This document shows positions 51,879-62,586 of a stretch of DNA of 64,000 bases, piece by piece. Origin of the DNA: Leptolyngbyaceae cyanobacterium (GTDB taxonomy: Bacteria; Cyanobacteriota; Cyanobacteriia; Phormidesmidales; Phormidesmidaceae); contig JBHJHA010000008.1 in NCBI GenBank assembly GCA_050331235.1, positions 1-64,000 of the forward strand, written 5' to 3'. The stretch's first letter is position 1, and each line of letters opens with the position of its first letter. Under the pieces are notes generated by a model. It was given only the letters and a program-made list of their open reading frames with translations, searched no databases and was not told the origin of the DNA. Position numbers and translations under genes: made by a program.

Positions 51879-52628
51879 TCAATAGGCACCCTTACGGTAA
51901 ATCACTGCTAATAGCGTTTCAGCAATTAACCGAATGTCGTATAGCAAAGACCAGCAGGACTGATAGTTCAGATCCATCTTCACGATGTCTTCAAAGTCGC
52001 TGACCGTAGAGCGTCCTCGTACCTGCCACTCGCCCGTGATACCTGGTTTGACGTTGAGGCGTTCCCAATGGTGCGAGTCGTACTTCATCACCTCGTCAAT
52101 GGTCGGAGGGCGAGTTCCAACTAAACTCATTTCACCAAGCAGCACATTCAAAAACTGAGGAAATTCGTCCAGGCTTGTTTTGCGTAAAAATCTGCCTACT
52201 CGAGTAATACGAGGATCATTTTTGTTTTTGAAAACCAGTCCCTGGGCTTCATTTTTGACGAGATGTTTGAGGGTGTCGGCGTTGGTGACCATAGACCGAA
52301 ACTTCCAAAGGCGAAAAGTTTGGCCGAGATATCCACATCGGACTTGGCTATAGAGTACAGGCCCAGGGTTGTCCAGCTGAATCGCGATCGCAATAGGGAT
52401 AAATAGAATGGCTGTAATCAGGAGCCCAACAGTGGCACCAATGATGTCAAGGCAACGCTTGAAGAAACATTTGACTGAGGGATGCTCCAAGCCTGTGCCT
52501 AAAGGGCTATAGACAATCTGATTAAGCCTCGATGCTGCCGGTGAAACCGCAACATTTGGCGATGCAGCAGCGGGATTCTGTACGTTGACCACCAAAATCG
52601 ACTCCTCTGATAGCTTATTAACAAGCAC
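51879..52628 (-). CDS. Bacterial sugar transferase (polyprenyl-phosphate priming glycosyltransferase)
   Basis: KRCLDI, KFRSM, DPRITRVGRFLRKTSLDEFPQ, GEMSLVGTRP, KPGITG. Confidence 0.93.
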   Translation of the reverse strand: MLVNKLSEESILVVNVQNPAAASPNVAVSPAASRLNQIVYSPLGTGLEHPSVKCFFKRCLDIIGATVGLLITAILFIPIAIAIQLDNPGPVLYSQVRCGYLGQTFRLWKFRSMVTNADTLKHLVKNEAQGLVFKNKNDPRITRVGRFLRKTSLDEFPQFLNVLLGEMSLVGTRPPTIDEVMKYDSHHWERLNVKPGITGEWQVRGRSTVSDFEDIVKMDLNYQSCWSLLYDIRLIAETLLAVIYRKGAY

Positions 52629-53189
52629 CTACAGAATATTCTCAACGCCAATCTCCGTGTAAGCCCTGATGACAAGGTTCATCAAAACTTCATCCCTAGT
52701 TCAAACTCGATAAAGATCTCTTTGATATTTACGAAATTTCATGCCTAACTAATGTTGTAAGTATGACCTTATGTAGATTCCTACAGGCGTAAAAAGGCCT
52801 ATACGTGAAGGCCTGGACTAACAGACCATAGAGCCTCAAGCCTGATTGAAACAGGTGTTGAGGCCATCCCCATCGCCAGTTTGGTGCCTTAATCTTTCTC
52901 GAAACCTTCGGCGAAACGCAAGTATCGCATTTTACCGGTGAATATCCTTGGACTTGGAGTGCGTAAAAATACTGAGGAGTTTTTGCTCTTACGATATACT
53001 GTGCTCGTATAGTGGACCGCCAATAGAAAGTTTTCTGATATCCCCAGACTTCCATGCTGCGACATTTTGACGGGCTGGCCTTGGTTCTCCCTTTTGAGGG
53101 CACATCGAGCTTCAAGTCTTGATGTCTGTGTCGTGCATGGCCACTAAATTTAGTGCATGACTGAGGCTTGGCGTTTCATTGAATCTGGG

Positions 53190-53687
53190 TTATGCAGAGC
53201 GCCGATAGGATTTGGCTCGCCACTGTTGCAAAAGCCAAATGCTGCCAATACTAGCTGAACTCGCCCAGGCCCAGCGCCCACTCTGCAAATGCCCTGAGAG
53301 GAAACAAATGCCGCCAATCATCAATAAGATGAGGCTAGTGCTGCCAGCGATCGCCAACATCATGCGAATTGTTTGGGTCGCAGCTAACATTTGGGCCGCT
53401 AAGTCATCATCCGCCGCCAATGGGACTGCTGCTTGCAATGCCGCTTGAAATGACTGATATTTTGCTAGGTCTACTTGGTAGTAGGTACCCAAATCAGCAT
53501 CGCGCAAATCGCGTACGGAATAAAGACCAAACTGCTTGGCATGGGCGATCGCTTGACGAATCTGGCGTTGGGTTGCCAGCGATCGAAAAGTCTCGAAAAT
53601 CGACTCGCGATAGACTCCGGTCTTCGCCATTTCCAAAATTCGCTGGCTGAGTTCAGTTTCCGATAGGCGGGAAGCTAGCTGTGACAT
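53190..53687 (-). CDS. Hypothetical protein with C-terminal TM helices
   Basis: ILEMAKTGVYRESIFE N-terminal domain, two hydrophobic segments at the end. Confidence 0.7.
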   Translation of the reverse strand: MSQLASRLSETELSQRILEMAKTGVYRESIFETFRSLATQRQIRQAIAHAKQFGLYSVRDLRDADLGTYYQVDLAKYQSFQAALQAAVPLAADDDLAAQMLAATQTIRMMLAIAGSTSLILLMIGGICFLSGHLQSGRWAWASSASIGSIWLLQQWRAKSYRRSA

Positions 53688-53849
53688 GGGAGAAATAGAA
53701 GATCGCTGAAATAACGAGTTTACCTGTACCCAGCAGCGCTCTCCCTGCAGGTTTGCTGAGGCCGCTAGGCCATACTGCTTGGTGGTCTTTATAGTGTATA
53801 GGTACTATGGTGATGGCTGTCAAAACCGACGGTTGTCGCCATCGGCAAG

Positions 53850-56708
53850 CTATAAACCCACTAGTTCGCGGAACCAATCGTCATTGCGCAGGTCCGTAAA
53901 AGTATCTTCCCCCTGCGCATCGATGCGCAAGTTGGGGTCTAGCCTCACTGCCAATTGTAGATTCTCTAAGGCCACATCGTATTCCCGCTGCAGGGTGTAG
54001 CAAAGGGCCTTGTGATAGAGCGCCTTGCTGTAGTCAGGATCAATCTCTAAAGCTCGATTAAAGCTGCTTAGAGCTTCGGTATCTTGGCCGAGTTTCATTC
54101 TAGCTAGCCCCTGATTATCCCAGGCCTTCGGTGACTGTGGATTAAATCGCGTGGCTTTATCAAAGGAGGATAAGGCTTCTTCATAGCGATCCAGCTCGAG
54201 GGCGGCGAGCCCTCGATTGAGCCAAGCGACGCCATCATTGGCCTGGATTTCAGTGGCTTTGTCAAACGATTGAAAAGCTTCACTATGTCGCTGCAACACT
54301 CCATACGATACCCCCCGATTGACCCAGGCTTCTTGATAATCGGGTTTGATGGAGAGGGCTTCGTCAAAGGCGGCGATCGCTTCCTCCCGGCGACGGAGGC
54401 GGCCCAACATCATGCCTCGATTGACCCAGGCCTTGGCGTCCTCAGGGTTAAGCATCAAGACGCGGTCAAATGCCTCCAGTGCCGCCTCATAGCGTTTGAG
54501 ATCCTTCAGCACTAGTCCCCGTTGAAACTGGGCAGCGATATGGTCGGGGACGAGCTCAATCACTTGGTCGAGGGCGGCGATCGCGTCTTCTAACCGTTCT
54601 AGACCAACTAGCGCCAGAGCTTTGTTCAGACACACTTCGGCATTGTCCGGCTGGATATCTAAGGCCTCGCTGTATTGTTCTAAAGCTGCTGTGTAGTTTC
54701 CGTCTGCTAGATATTGATTAGCCGCTTCTATCCGCTCATCCGCTGACAGGAATAGGGTGGGACGGTTTTCTTTTAACCGTTGTAGTAGTTCATTCACCGT
54801 TTCTAATTGCTGCTGAGTATTCGCCATAAAGCTGTTCGCAACGTACTTTGGAGCCACTTCTCCCAGTCGTCGCATGATGGCTTCTTTCTCACCCTGTGCT
54901 TCTGCCTGTAAGGTGATTAACCGCTCTTGAACAGTGCGTTTGACCTCTTCTAGGTCGGCAATGACATCGGTGCGTCCAGACGCGATATCTTTTTGTAACT
55001 CGGTCAGTTGATTGGCAAAGTCAGTCTCGATTTCTTCCAGCCGCTGTTTGGCCTGCTGCTGTCGAGCCGATGACTCGCTTTCTAGCTCCCCAATGTGTTC
55101 GATAAGGCGCTGGTCAAACCCGTCCAGATTGCCCAGCATGCGATCGCGACGGTCAAAGACAACATCGCGCACTTCGTTAAACTGGCGGCTGATCTCTGCT
55201 TCTAGCCGGGCTAGCTCATCTATCGTCTCGGTGGCGCGATTGCGGCTCTCGCCTTGTAATTGAGTCATTGTCTCGGAAAACTCTGCAGCACTCCGCTGTA
55301 CAGATTCCCAAGTGGTGGTTTTACGGGTATCTAGGTCATCAATCAGTTGATGGAGTTGATTGCGGAAGTCCTCTGCGCGATCGCTCATTTGACTGAGAGT
55401 TTCAGCCTTTTGTCCATCGACCTCAGCCTGCAAGCGATCAAACTGCGCCATAAAGTCATCGGCCGACTGTCGCAGCTGGCTGAGAATCTCGGCCTTATCG
55501 CCGTCAATCTCGGCCTGGTAGTTGCTGAATTGCCCTAAGAAGTCCTCTAGAGAGCGCCGCAGCTCGGCTAACATACTCGCCCGTTGGGCCAAGACCTCAT
55601 CTTTAATTTGGCGAAATTGCTCTTCAAAATCCTTGGTCGAGCGTTCCATGGTCTGTAAAGCCAGATCGCGATGGCCTAGAGTGCTGGCTTGCATCTCATC
55701 TAGCTGCTTGTCGACCGTTTGTTGGCGATCGCTCATAGCATCCATGACTCGCTGCTGATACTGCTCTAGCTGCGCCTCTAAATTGTCCCGTAGCGATTCG
55801 AAGTAGGGCTCAAATCCTGCTTGCAGTTTAGCCAACTCGGCGAGGGTGCGATCACGGTTTTCTTCAACGCCAGTTGTTAGCTGTTGTAGCTGTTCGGCAA
55901 AGCCACTGGCGGTAGTCCCTATCTCAGTTAGGGTGTGGTCTTTGGTTGTTTCTACACCCCTAGACAATGCCGCTAATTCTTGTTGAAAGTTTTGGGCAGC
56001 TTGTTGCACAGAGGCGAGCACCTCAGCCGTCTGAATCGCAGCGTCCTGATTTACCGTGGCCGCCTGGTCATGCATGTGTGACTTAATGAGCTGGGCTTGG
56101 GAATCAACATCGCTTTCCAGGTCAGCCAGCGTTTTGGAAAGAGCTGTAACCTGGCTTTGCCAGTCTTTTAGCGTATGGGTCTTCGACTCGGTGATCTCAT
56201 CCAGAGCTTGATTCAGCAGACGCTGCTTTTCGGTAAGTGTATCCCTAAAGCTCTCGGCCCTCTGCTCAATGTCATCGCTGATATCTTCCGCATCCTTAAG
56301 CACTGAATTAAGCTCGCGGGTTGCCGTCCGGATTTTGTGCTCCAAATCAGTCATCTGATTGAGCTGACTGCGCACTACTGTAGCCACCTCTTGCACGACT
56401 GATCGCCGTAAAAACCACAGCATGACTACGCCTAGAACCAAGAGCAGCGCGAGCGCTGCCAAGAGAATAGAAACTAAAGTCGTAGCACGCGTAAAGGCTA
56501 GATTGGCTTCCTGCTGTAAACGCTCAAGTTCGGCCTGCTCATTCCTGGATGTTGACTGAGCCAGGATGGGGGCTGCTTCTGACGGTAATGCCGCAGTCAA
56601 TATCACTCCGCCACTGACTAAGCATAAAGCAAGCAGAGTCCAGTCTTGCAGGCGCTGAACTGAGTAAGTAGAAAGTCGAAGCCGCATCATTCTTGCGATC
56701 ATTCTCAA
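53850..56708 (-). CDS. Membrane-anchored long helical-repeat/coiled-coil protein with C-terminal TPR array
   Basis: Signal-like segment, one TM, about 550 aa helical region, about 8 TPRs (AWVNRG...EAIAAFDEAL). Confidence 0.85.
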   Translation of the reverse strand: MRMIARMMRLRLSTYSVQRLQDWTLLALCLVSGGVILTAALPSEAAPILAQSTSRNEQAELERLQQEANLAFTRATTLVSILLAALALLLVLGVVMLWFLRRSVVQEVATVVRSQLNQMTDLEHKIRTATRELNSVLKDAEDISDDIEQRAESFRDTLTEKQRLLNQALDEITESKTHTLKDWQSQVTALSKTLADLESDVDSQAQLIKSHMHDQAATVNQDAAIQTAEVLASVQQAAQNFQQELAALSRGVETTKDHTLTEIGTTASGFAEQLQQLTTGVEENRDRTLAELAKLQAGFEPYFESLRDNLEAQLEQYQQRVMDAMSDRQQTVDKQLDEMQASTLGHRDLALQTMERSTKDFEEQFRQIKDEVLAQRASMLAELRRSLEDFLGQFSNYQAEIDGDKAEILSQLRQSADDFMAQFDRLQAEVDGQKAETLSQMSDRAEDFRNQLHQLIDDLDTRKTTTWESVQRSAAEFSETMTQLQGESRNRATETIDELARLEAEISRQFNEVRDVVFDRRDRMLGNLDGFDQRLIEHIGELESESSARQQQAKQRLEEIETDFANQLTELQKDIASGRTDVIADLEEVKRTVQERLITLQAEAQGEKEAIMRRLGEVAPKYVANSFMANTQQQLETVNELLQRLKENRPTLFLSADERIEAANQYLADGNYTAALEQYSEALDIQPDNAEVCLNKALALVGLERLEDAIAALDQVIELVPDHIAAQFQRGLVLKDLKRYEAALEAFDRVLMLNPEDAKAWVNRGMMLGRLRRREEAIAAFDEALSIKPDYQEAWVNRGVSYGVLQRHSEAFQSFDKATEIQANDGVAWLNRGLAALELDRYEEALSSFDKATRFNPQSPKAWDNQGLARMKLGQDTEALSSFNRALEIDPDYSKALYHKALCYTLQREYDVALENLQLAVRLDPNLRIDAQGEDTFTDLRNDDWFRELVGL

Positions 56709-56987
56709 AGCAACGGACCAAATGCACTGCGTCCAAGGATACTCAAAGGGCAGCTCGAGGATACGCTTAGCATACCGTGAAGCTTTGTCATGTAGAGAGT
56801 GTCAGCCCAGTGGATCGATCCCAGCTGTATCCAATGACGCTTATCAGCGGTTTGCTCTGTAAGCAGAGTGCATGACAGTCATAATCGTTGCGAAAAAATA
56901 ATTCACTGGCCAGCGGCAAGATGGATACGCTAGCGCATCCCGATAGATTGTCCATCGCTGACTCGTTTACGGCACAGCCAATCTGTT

Positions 56988-57521
56988 TTACGGGGTATAG
57001 TGGTGGCCGTCTGGCATCTTGGTCGTCCCGTCACACAGAGCGCCGTTGAGGGACAACCCTGAGACTCGAAACAGGTTGGCGTGATAGAGGCAAGTCGCGT
57101 TCAGCTTAGTCCCAGTTAAATTGGCTCCGGTCAGATTGGCCCCTTTGAGGTTGGCCTTGGTCAGGTCAGCCCCCTGCAAATTGGCCCCGGATAAATTACA
57201 GGCGCTGAGGTTAGCCTTCCCGAGACGAGCGTATCGCAGATCAGCCCGCGACAAGTCGAGCTGGCTCAGCTGCCCGGCTTCCAGGATTGTGCTGGCTAGC
57301 TTGACATCAGCAAGATTTCCTTGCCTGATGGTGATCTCTCTTAAATTGGAACGGCTGAGATTCCCATAGGGCAGGTAGGCTCTGGAGATGACTGCATTAG
57401 ACAGGTTGATTTCGCGGAGGTCGCATTCAAACCCGTCTACGTCTTCCATCTGAACGCCAGCGAACTGGCGCTCTCCGGACGCATATTGAGAGAGTAAAAA
57501 TTCAAAATCTAAAATAGCCAT
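56988..57521 (-). CDS. Pentapeptide repeat protein
   Basis: YASGERQF start motif; A(D/N)LXX repeats; TKMPDG end. Confidence 0.9.
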   Translation of the reverse strand: MAILDFEFLLSQYASGERQFAGVQMEDVDGFECDLREINLSNAVISRAYLPYGNLSRSNLREITIRQGNLADVKLASTILEAGQLSQLDLSRADLRYARLGKANLSACNLSGANLQGADLTKANLKGANLTGANLTGTKLNATCLYHANLFRVSGLSLNGALCDGTTKMPDGHHYTP

Positions 57522-58321
57522 AGAATCGGCGATCGCAATGAAATGCCTATCAAATCTTGAACAACTAAATTCGATGAGTTGAAGCTTTTGAATACTGAAG
57601 CTTCAGGAACTTCATGACTGTTAAAGAAGGCTAAATAACTTAGTTGAATTCGAGTTTGGGCCTTGTATTAAGCTCAGCAAATAGTTGAAATCTGCCCCAC
57701 AAAAAAGCACAAGGTATTTTCATGATGATCTGTCAGATTTGGGCTGCTGGCCCCCAACACCTCTCCAACTCTATATAACAAAATCAACAAAGCCGCTTAG
57801 ATACAGGCGTCTTTAACCCAACAAAGACAACCGACGATTGAGTAGAAGTTCTGATGAACTGATTTACATAAGGCCATGCAATCAACAAAAGTAAACTTTT
57901 CTTAACGTACAGTGACTTGATAACTTTTGGCCTTGGCTTAAAGATGTCTTTTGATTTTGCGGTCAATGCTGCGTTGATGAAATAATCTCTTTTGTTCAAG
58001 ATAGTAATAATGCGCAAATATTATTCGCTAAGGTGCGACATAGAGAGTCTTTAAGAAGTTTTTGCTGAGGTATTAGATCTGTTTATGCAGTTTATATCGA
58101 TGGCTAAACTATTCCGCCGCGGGCGTGATCGCTCATATTGTCTATCTGCGACTTTCCGGTTAATCAGCCCAACCTATCGGTAAGAGAAGTTGATATTTAA
58201 GACCGTACTCAATAATTGTGACCTGGCTTTAATCGGTCGAACGCCCGCTTCGTTTGTGATGCTTTTTGAAAACTTTTTTGAGGGCTGAACCTGAAGCCAC
58301 AGGGACTGCTAAATTTGAGAT

Positions 58322-59881
58322 ATGAGCCAGCCCGCTTCCATTGCCGAATACTTTCATGAGCGTACGAAGTATGACCCTGCGACGATCGCTCAAGCTCAAG
58401 CGACGATGCAGGGGCCTCAGCCCGATCCGTTCAAGACCTATCGATTAGGTACCGAGATTGACCTTAAGCCTTATCTTGACGAGGCGACTATTATCCCATC
58501 GGCTTCAGCCGAAACTCGGGCTTGGGCGCGTTTATCGCACTTTCTGATCAACGTATATGGGCTTACCGCTCAGGTCAAAACGTCGACAGGGCAGAGATTT
58601 TACTTGCGAGCTGTTCCTTCAGCCGGGGGCCTTTATCCTACTGAGGTCTATCTGATTTCGCGGGGCAGTGGTCTGTTGCCCGCTGGACTTTACAATTACC
58701 AGGCCCGGACGCATGCTCTCTGGCGATTTTGGAGTGACCACGTATGGCAGGCTCTGCAGGAGGCGTGTTTTTGGCATCCTGCCTTAGAAACCACCCAGGT
58801 CGCCGTTATTTTGACCAGTGTCTTTTACCGCTCAGCGTGGCGATATCAAGATCGGGCCTATCGGCGCATCTGCCTCGATGCTGGCCATGTCTTGGGTAAT
58901 TTAGAACTTGCCAGCACTTTGGTCGATTATCGTCCCCATCTAATCGGAGGTTTCGCTGACCTGGCGCTTAATCAACTGCTTTATCTGGAGCCCGGCACAG
59001 AAGGGGCGATCGCCGTTGCCGCCCTCGCTAACTTACTTGAAGTAGAGCAAAATTTGCCCCGGTTCACCACGACCCAACCGGCTTCTCACAACCATAATCT
59101 TGCTCAAATCGCTGATGGTGATTTACTGCCTCACATGCATCAGGCCACCTGCATTGAGCGCGATACCGATTTTCGGTGGTCAAGCCGCCGACCGAGTGTC
59201 ACTGGTCAAAGTAGCCCTGCTGAGGCCACCGTTCCTGCCGATAAGTACAATTTCCCTTTCTGCCTCAAAATCTCCACTGCTACCGCTCCGATTGATTGGG
59301 ACCATCAACTCCAGGCCCTGGAAAAAACGATTTTGCGCCGCCGCTCTACACGCAAATTCACCGGTGGTTCACTCAGTTTGACTGAGCTCAAAGCCTTGCT
59401 CGATTTTGCCTATCAGCCCCATCATTACATTGAGCAAGGGCTAGACGGGGATCCAGATTTTTGCGACTTGAGCTTGATTCAAACGTTTGTAGCGGTTTCC
59501 GCGGTTGAGGGATTAGAGGCCGGCTGCTACTATTACGCGCCGTCGCAGCCTGAAATTCGGCAAATTCGGTTTAGAAACTTCCGTCAAGAACTGCAGTACC
59601 TATGCTTAGGTCAGGCTCTAGGCCATGACGCGGGCGCGGTCATCTTTCATACCGCAGATCTAAAGGCCGCGATCGCCCGTCACGGAGATCGTGCCTACCG
59701 CTACTTACACCTCGATGCTGGGCATCTGGGCCAACGGCTCAACTTGGCAGCGACACGGCTTGGTCTCGGAGCTAGCGGTATCGGCGGTTTTTTTGATGAT
59801 CAGGTCAATGACGTTCTCGGCATTCCAGCAGACGAGGCCGTACTTTACATTACAACCATTGGTCGACCTACTCCGGCATAA
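58322..59881 (+). CDS. SagB/ThcOx-type nitroreductase-fold dehydrogenase (two domains)
   Basis: YFHERTKY, RAVPSAGGLYPTE, YRRICLDAGH, RRRSTRKF, YRYLHLDAGHLGQ, GIGGFFDD. Confidence 0.9.
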   Translation: MSQPASIAEYFHERTKYDPATIAQAQATMQGPQPDPFKTYRLGTEIDLKPYLDEATIIPSASAETRAWARLSHFLINVYGLTAQVKTSTGQRFYLRAVPSAGGLYPTEVYLISRGSGLLPAGLYNYQARTHALWRFWSDHVWQALQEACFWHPALETTQVAVILTSVFYRSAWRYQDRAYRRICLDAGHVLGNLELASTLVDYRPHLIGGFADLALNQLLYLEPGTEGAIAVAALANLLEVEQNLPRFTTTQPASHNHNLAQIADGDLLPHMHQATCIERDTDFRWSSRRPSVTGQSSPAEATVPADKYNFPFCLKISTATAPIDWDHQLQALEKTILRRRSTRKFTGGSLSLTELKALLDFAYQPHHYIEQGLDGDPDFCDLSLIQTFVAVSAVEGLEAGCYYYAPSQPEIRQIRFRNFRQELQYLCLGQALGHDAGAVIFHTADLKAAIARHGDRAYRYLHLDAGHLGQRLNLAATRLGLGASGIGGFFDDQVNDVLGIPADEAVLYITTIGRPTPA

Positions 59882-59990
59882 GTGCAGACAAAGCAAGGGA
59901 TGCTCCCCGCTCTCAACTAAAAAAGTCAACCACTACAGCGCATCCAGATCGCAGTAAGCTGATCAAAGACAGTGCAATTAAGTTTCTTTC

Positions 59991-61226
59991 ATGGTCACAA
60001 TTAACGAAAACTACCTGAAGCTAAAAGCCGGTTATCTATTCCCAGAAATTGCCCGCCGGGTCAAAGCCTTTGCTGATGCCAACCCAGACGCGCCGATCAT
60101 CAAGCTGGGGATTGGTGACGTCACCGAACCGCTGCCTGAAGCTTGCCGCACTGCGATGGTCAACGCTGTAGAAGAGATGGGCGATCGCGAGACTTTCCGA
60201 GGCTATGGTCCTGAACAGGGCTACGAATTTTTACGCGAAAAGATTGTCCGGCATGATTTTCAAACCCGGGGATGCGATATTACCGCCGATGAAATTTTTA
60301 TCTCCGACGGTTCCAAATGCGACTGCGGTAATATTCTCGATATTCTGGGCGACAACAACACGATTGCTGTCACTGACCCGGTTTATCCAGTCTATGTCGA
60401 CACCAATGTTATGGCGGGACACACCGGTCCCGTTCAGGAGGACGGCACCTATAAGGGGTTAGTCTACCTGCCGATTTCCGCTGATAATAACTTTACTGCG
60501 GCCATTCCTGACCAAAAAGTTGATCTGGTCTATCTTTGTTTTCCCAACAACCCAACGGGGGCAGCTGCGACCCACGCTCATCTGCAACAGTGGGTAGACT
60601 ATGCCCATAAGCACGGCTCATTACTTCTGTTTGATGCTGCTTATGAAGCGTTCATTACCGAAGACGACATCCCCCACTCTATTTACGAGATTCCTGGTGC
60701 GCGAGAATGCGCCATTGAGTTTCGCTCATTTTCCAAAAATGCTGGTTTCACCGGTACGCGCTGCGCTTTTACGGTTGTACCCAAAGCGATTAAAGTAATG
60801 ACTTCCGACAGGAGTAAGGTAGAGCTGCATCGTCTTTGGAATCGTCGTCAATCGACTAAATTCAATGGCGTCTCTTATATTGTGCAGCGGGGTGCCGAAG
60901 CTGTTTATAGCGAAGCCGGGCAAAAACAGGTCGACAAACTGATTCGGTTTTATTTGGAAAACGCTCGCATCATTCGAGAAAAACTTTCTGATGCTGGCAT
61001 CCAAAATTATGGTGGAGTGAATGCTCCTTATGTTTGGGTTAAAACTCCCCAAGGTCTTTCTAGTTGGGATTTCTTTGATAAGCTATTGAAAACCTGCCAT
61101 GTTGTTGGTACGCCGGGATCTGGATTTGGTGCAGCGGGTGAAGGATACTTTCGGATTTCGGCTTTTAATAGTCGAGACAATGTTGAAACGGCTATGCAGC
61201 GGATCAGTGATAAGTTCAGAGCCTAA
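59991..61226 (+). CDS. dapL: LL-diaminopimelate aminotransferase
   Basis: [47 protein letters not shown]. Confidence 0.97.
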   Translation: MVTINENYLKLKAGYLFPEIARRVKAFADANPDAPIIKLGIGDVTEPLPEACRTAMVNAVEEMGDRETFRGYGPEQGYEFLREKIVRHDFQTRGCDITADEIFISDGSKCDCGNILDILGDNNTIAVTDPVYPVYVDTNVMAGHTGPVQEDGTYKGLVYLPISADNNFTAAIPDQKVDLVYLCFPNNPTGAAATHAHLQQWVDYAHKHGSLLLFDAAYEAFITEDDIPHSIYEIPGARECAIEFRSFSKNAGFTGTRCAFTVVPKAIKVMTSDRSKVELHRLWNRRQSTKFNGVSYIVQRGAEAVYSEAGQKQVDKLIRFYLENARIIREKLSDAGIQNYGGVNAPYVWVKTPQGLSSWDFFDKLLKTCHVVGTPGSGFGAAGEGYFRISAFNSRDNVETAMQRISDKFRA

Positions 61227-61263
61227 GTACATAAGCTGATCTTGACAATTGAAGTTTCTATCT

Positions 61264-61299
61264 AAAAAGAAGGAGTCGACCATCGGTCAACTCCTTCTT
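61264..61299. terminator. Terminator between convergent dapL and PEP-CTERM gene
   Basis: AAGAAGGAGTCGACC-atc-GGTCAACTCCTTCTT stem with A tract on the left. Confidence 0.8.
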
Positions 61300-61351
61300 A
61301 CTTATCTAGTCAGCTCTAGTCAGCCAAAACAGGGAACCAAAGGCTGCTTTG

Positions 61352-62152
61352 CTAAGCTGCCTTGACACGCTTTTGTAGGAAGAGTGCGCCACCCAGCAGA
61401 CCTAAACCCATGAAAACAGTAGGCTCAGGAACGCGAGTCGCATCGGTACCCACAAACTTCCAATCAGGACCGTTGAACTCTTCTTCACTGGTGAAGCGAA
61501 TGGCATCTACCACAGCGTTATCAACTCCTAAGTCCTCAAAAATGTTAATGCCCAAAGAACCGACATTCTGAGCGGCGGAAATCTCAGTCGTGTCAATTTG
61601 GAAACCCGCATCAAACCACATGTCACGGGTAATTGTCAGGCTGTTGCCAACAAGTTGACCGGCTGCATCTAGCGCTTGAATTTTGAGATCGCTATTGCCG
61701 TAGGTCTCACCGGTGCCACCGCGCTCCCAAATAAGCAGGTTGTCAATCACTTTGCCAAACGTCAGGTCGATTTCGAAGAAACCTTGTTTCTCAGTATCAA
61801 CAATATTGTTCAAATTATTGTTGGAGAGGTTAGTAACGATATCTGCAGCTGCAGCATCTTCAACCGCGACACCTGTTGTCGCAGTATCACCTTTATCTGC
61901 ACTTGCCCCCCCGTTGATCTCGCCACCGTTTTGATTGATTACGGCAGCCGTCACAAACGAAAACTCTTCGATGATTTCATCACCAATCGTCACGGACTCG
62001 AGCAGAATGTCACCGGTTGGTGCATCGTTCTGAGAAAAAGTTGTTTCAAAATCGAAACCAATGGCGAAGGCATTGCCGGCACCGAACACAGACAGAAGAG
62101 TCCCGGTCGCAAGACCAGTTGCCATAGAGAGCTGAGAAAAAGAAAAAGTCAT
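61352..62152 (-). CDS. PEP-CTERM sorting-domain surface protein (XDP2-like)
   Basis: Signal peptide ending AFA; ASADKGD, NNNLNNIVDTE, WERG, GPDWK; C-terminal VPEP + TM + basic tail. Confidence 0.88.
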   Translation of the reverse strand: MTFSFSQLSMATGLATGTLLSVFGAGNAFAIGFDFETTFSQNDAPTGDILLESVTIGDEIIEEFSFVTAAVINQNGGEINGGASADKGDTATTGVAVEDAAAADIVTNLSNNNLNNIVDTEKQGFFEIDLTFGKVIDNLLIWERGGTGETYGNSDLKIQALDAAGQLVGNSLTITRDMWFDAGFQIDTTEISAAQNVGSLGINIFEDLGVDNAVVDAIRFTSEEEFNGPDWKFVGTDATRVPEPTVFMGLGLLGGALFLQKRVKAA

Positions 62153-62586
62153 AGTTGCCACTTGAATACGACTGTCACGATTCGAAGATAGCGTTTGCAA
62201 ACAGGAGGAACGACAGAGATGTTACCCAATAAAGAAATACACTAGCTTCACGAATACTTGAGAAATCACAGAGAAAGCTTCCGGATGAGCCTGTTTTGTA
62301 TCGGCTTTTACACATTTTCTTGAGTGTCTAATTTTTCTTGGTCTAAGAGGCATTGCTCAAGATGCTTGCAGTTCGGTCTTTTTGCTAGCTTCTGGCCGGA
62401 CGTTGACTCCTTTTGAGAAGCATTTTGCGTGTATTTTCGAGGCCATTTTCAAGTACTTACGGGTTTTTTCGACAGTGCTGATTTTCTGGCCGATTGCTTT
62501 GGCCGATTGTTGCTGCGGGCTCCAATTAAGTGGTGTCTTGTCCTCGACCTCGGGATTGCTAGAGGGCGGGTGCGTGGATAATTGAG

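Noticed and set aside
57522..59881. SagB-type dehydrogenase as part of a RiPP cluster
   Set aside because: No YcaO, precursor peptide or exporter nearby; the 800-bp upstream region gave no Cys/Ser/Thr-rich ORF
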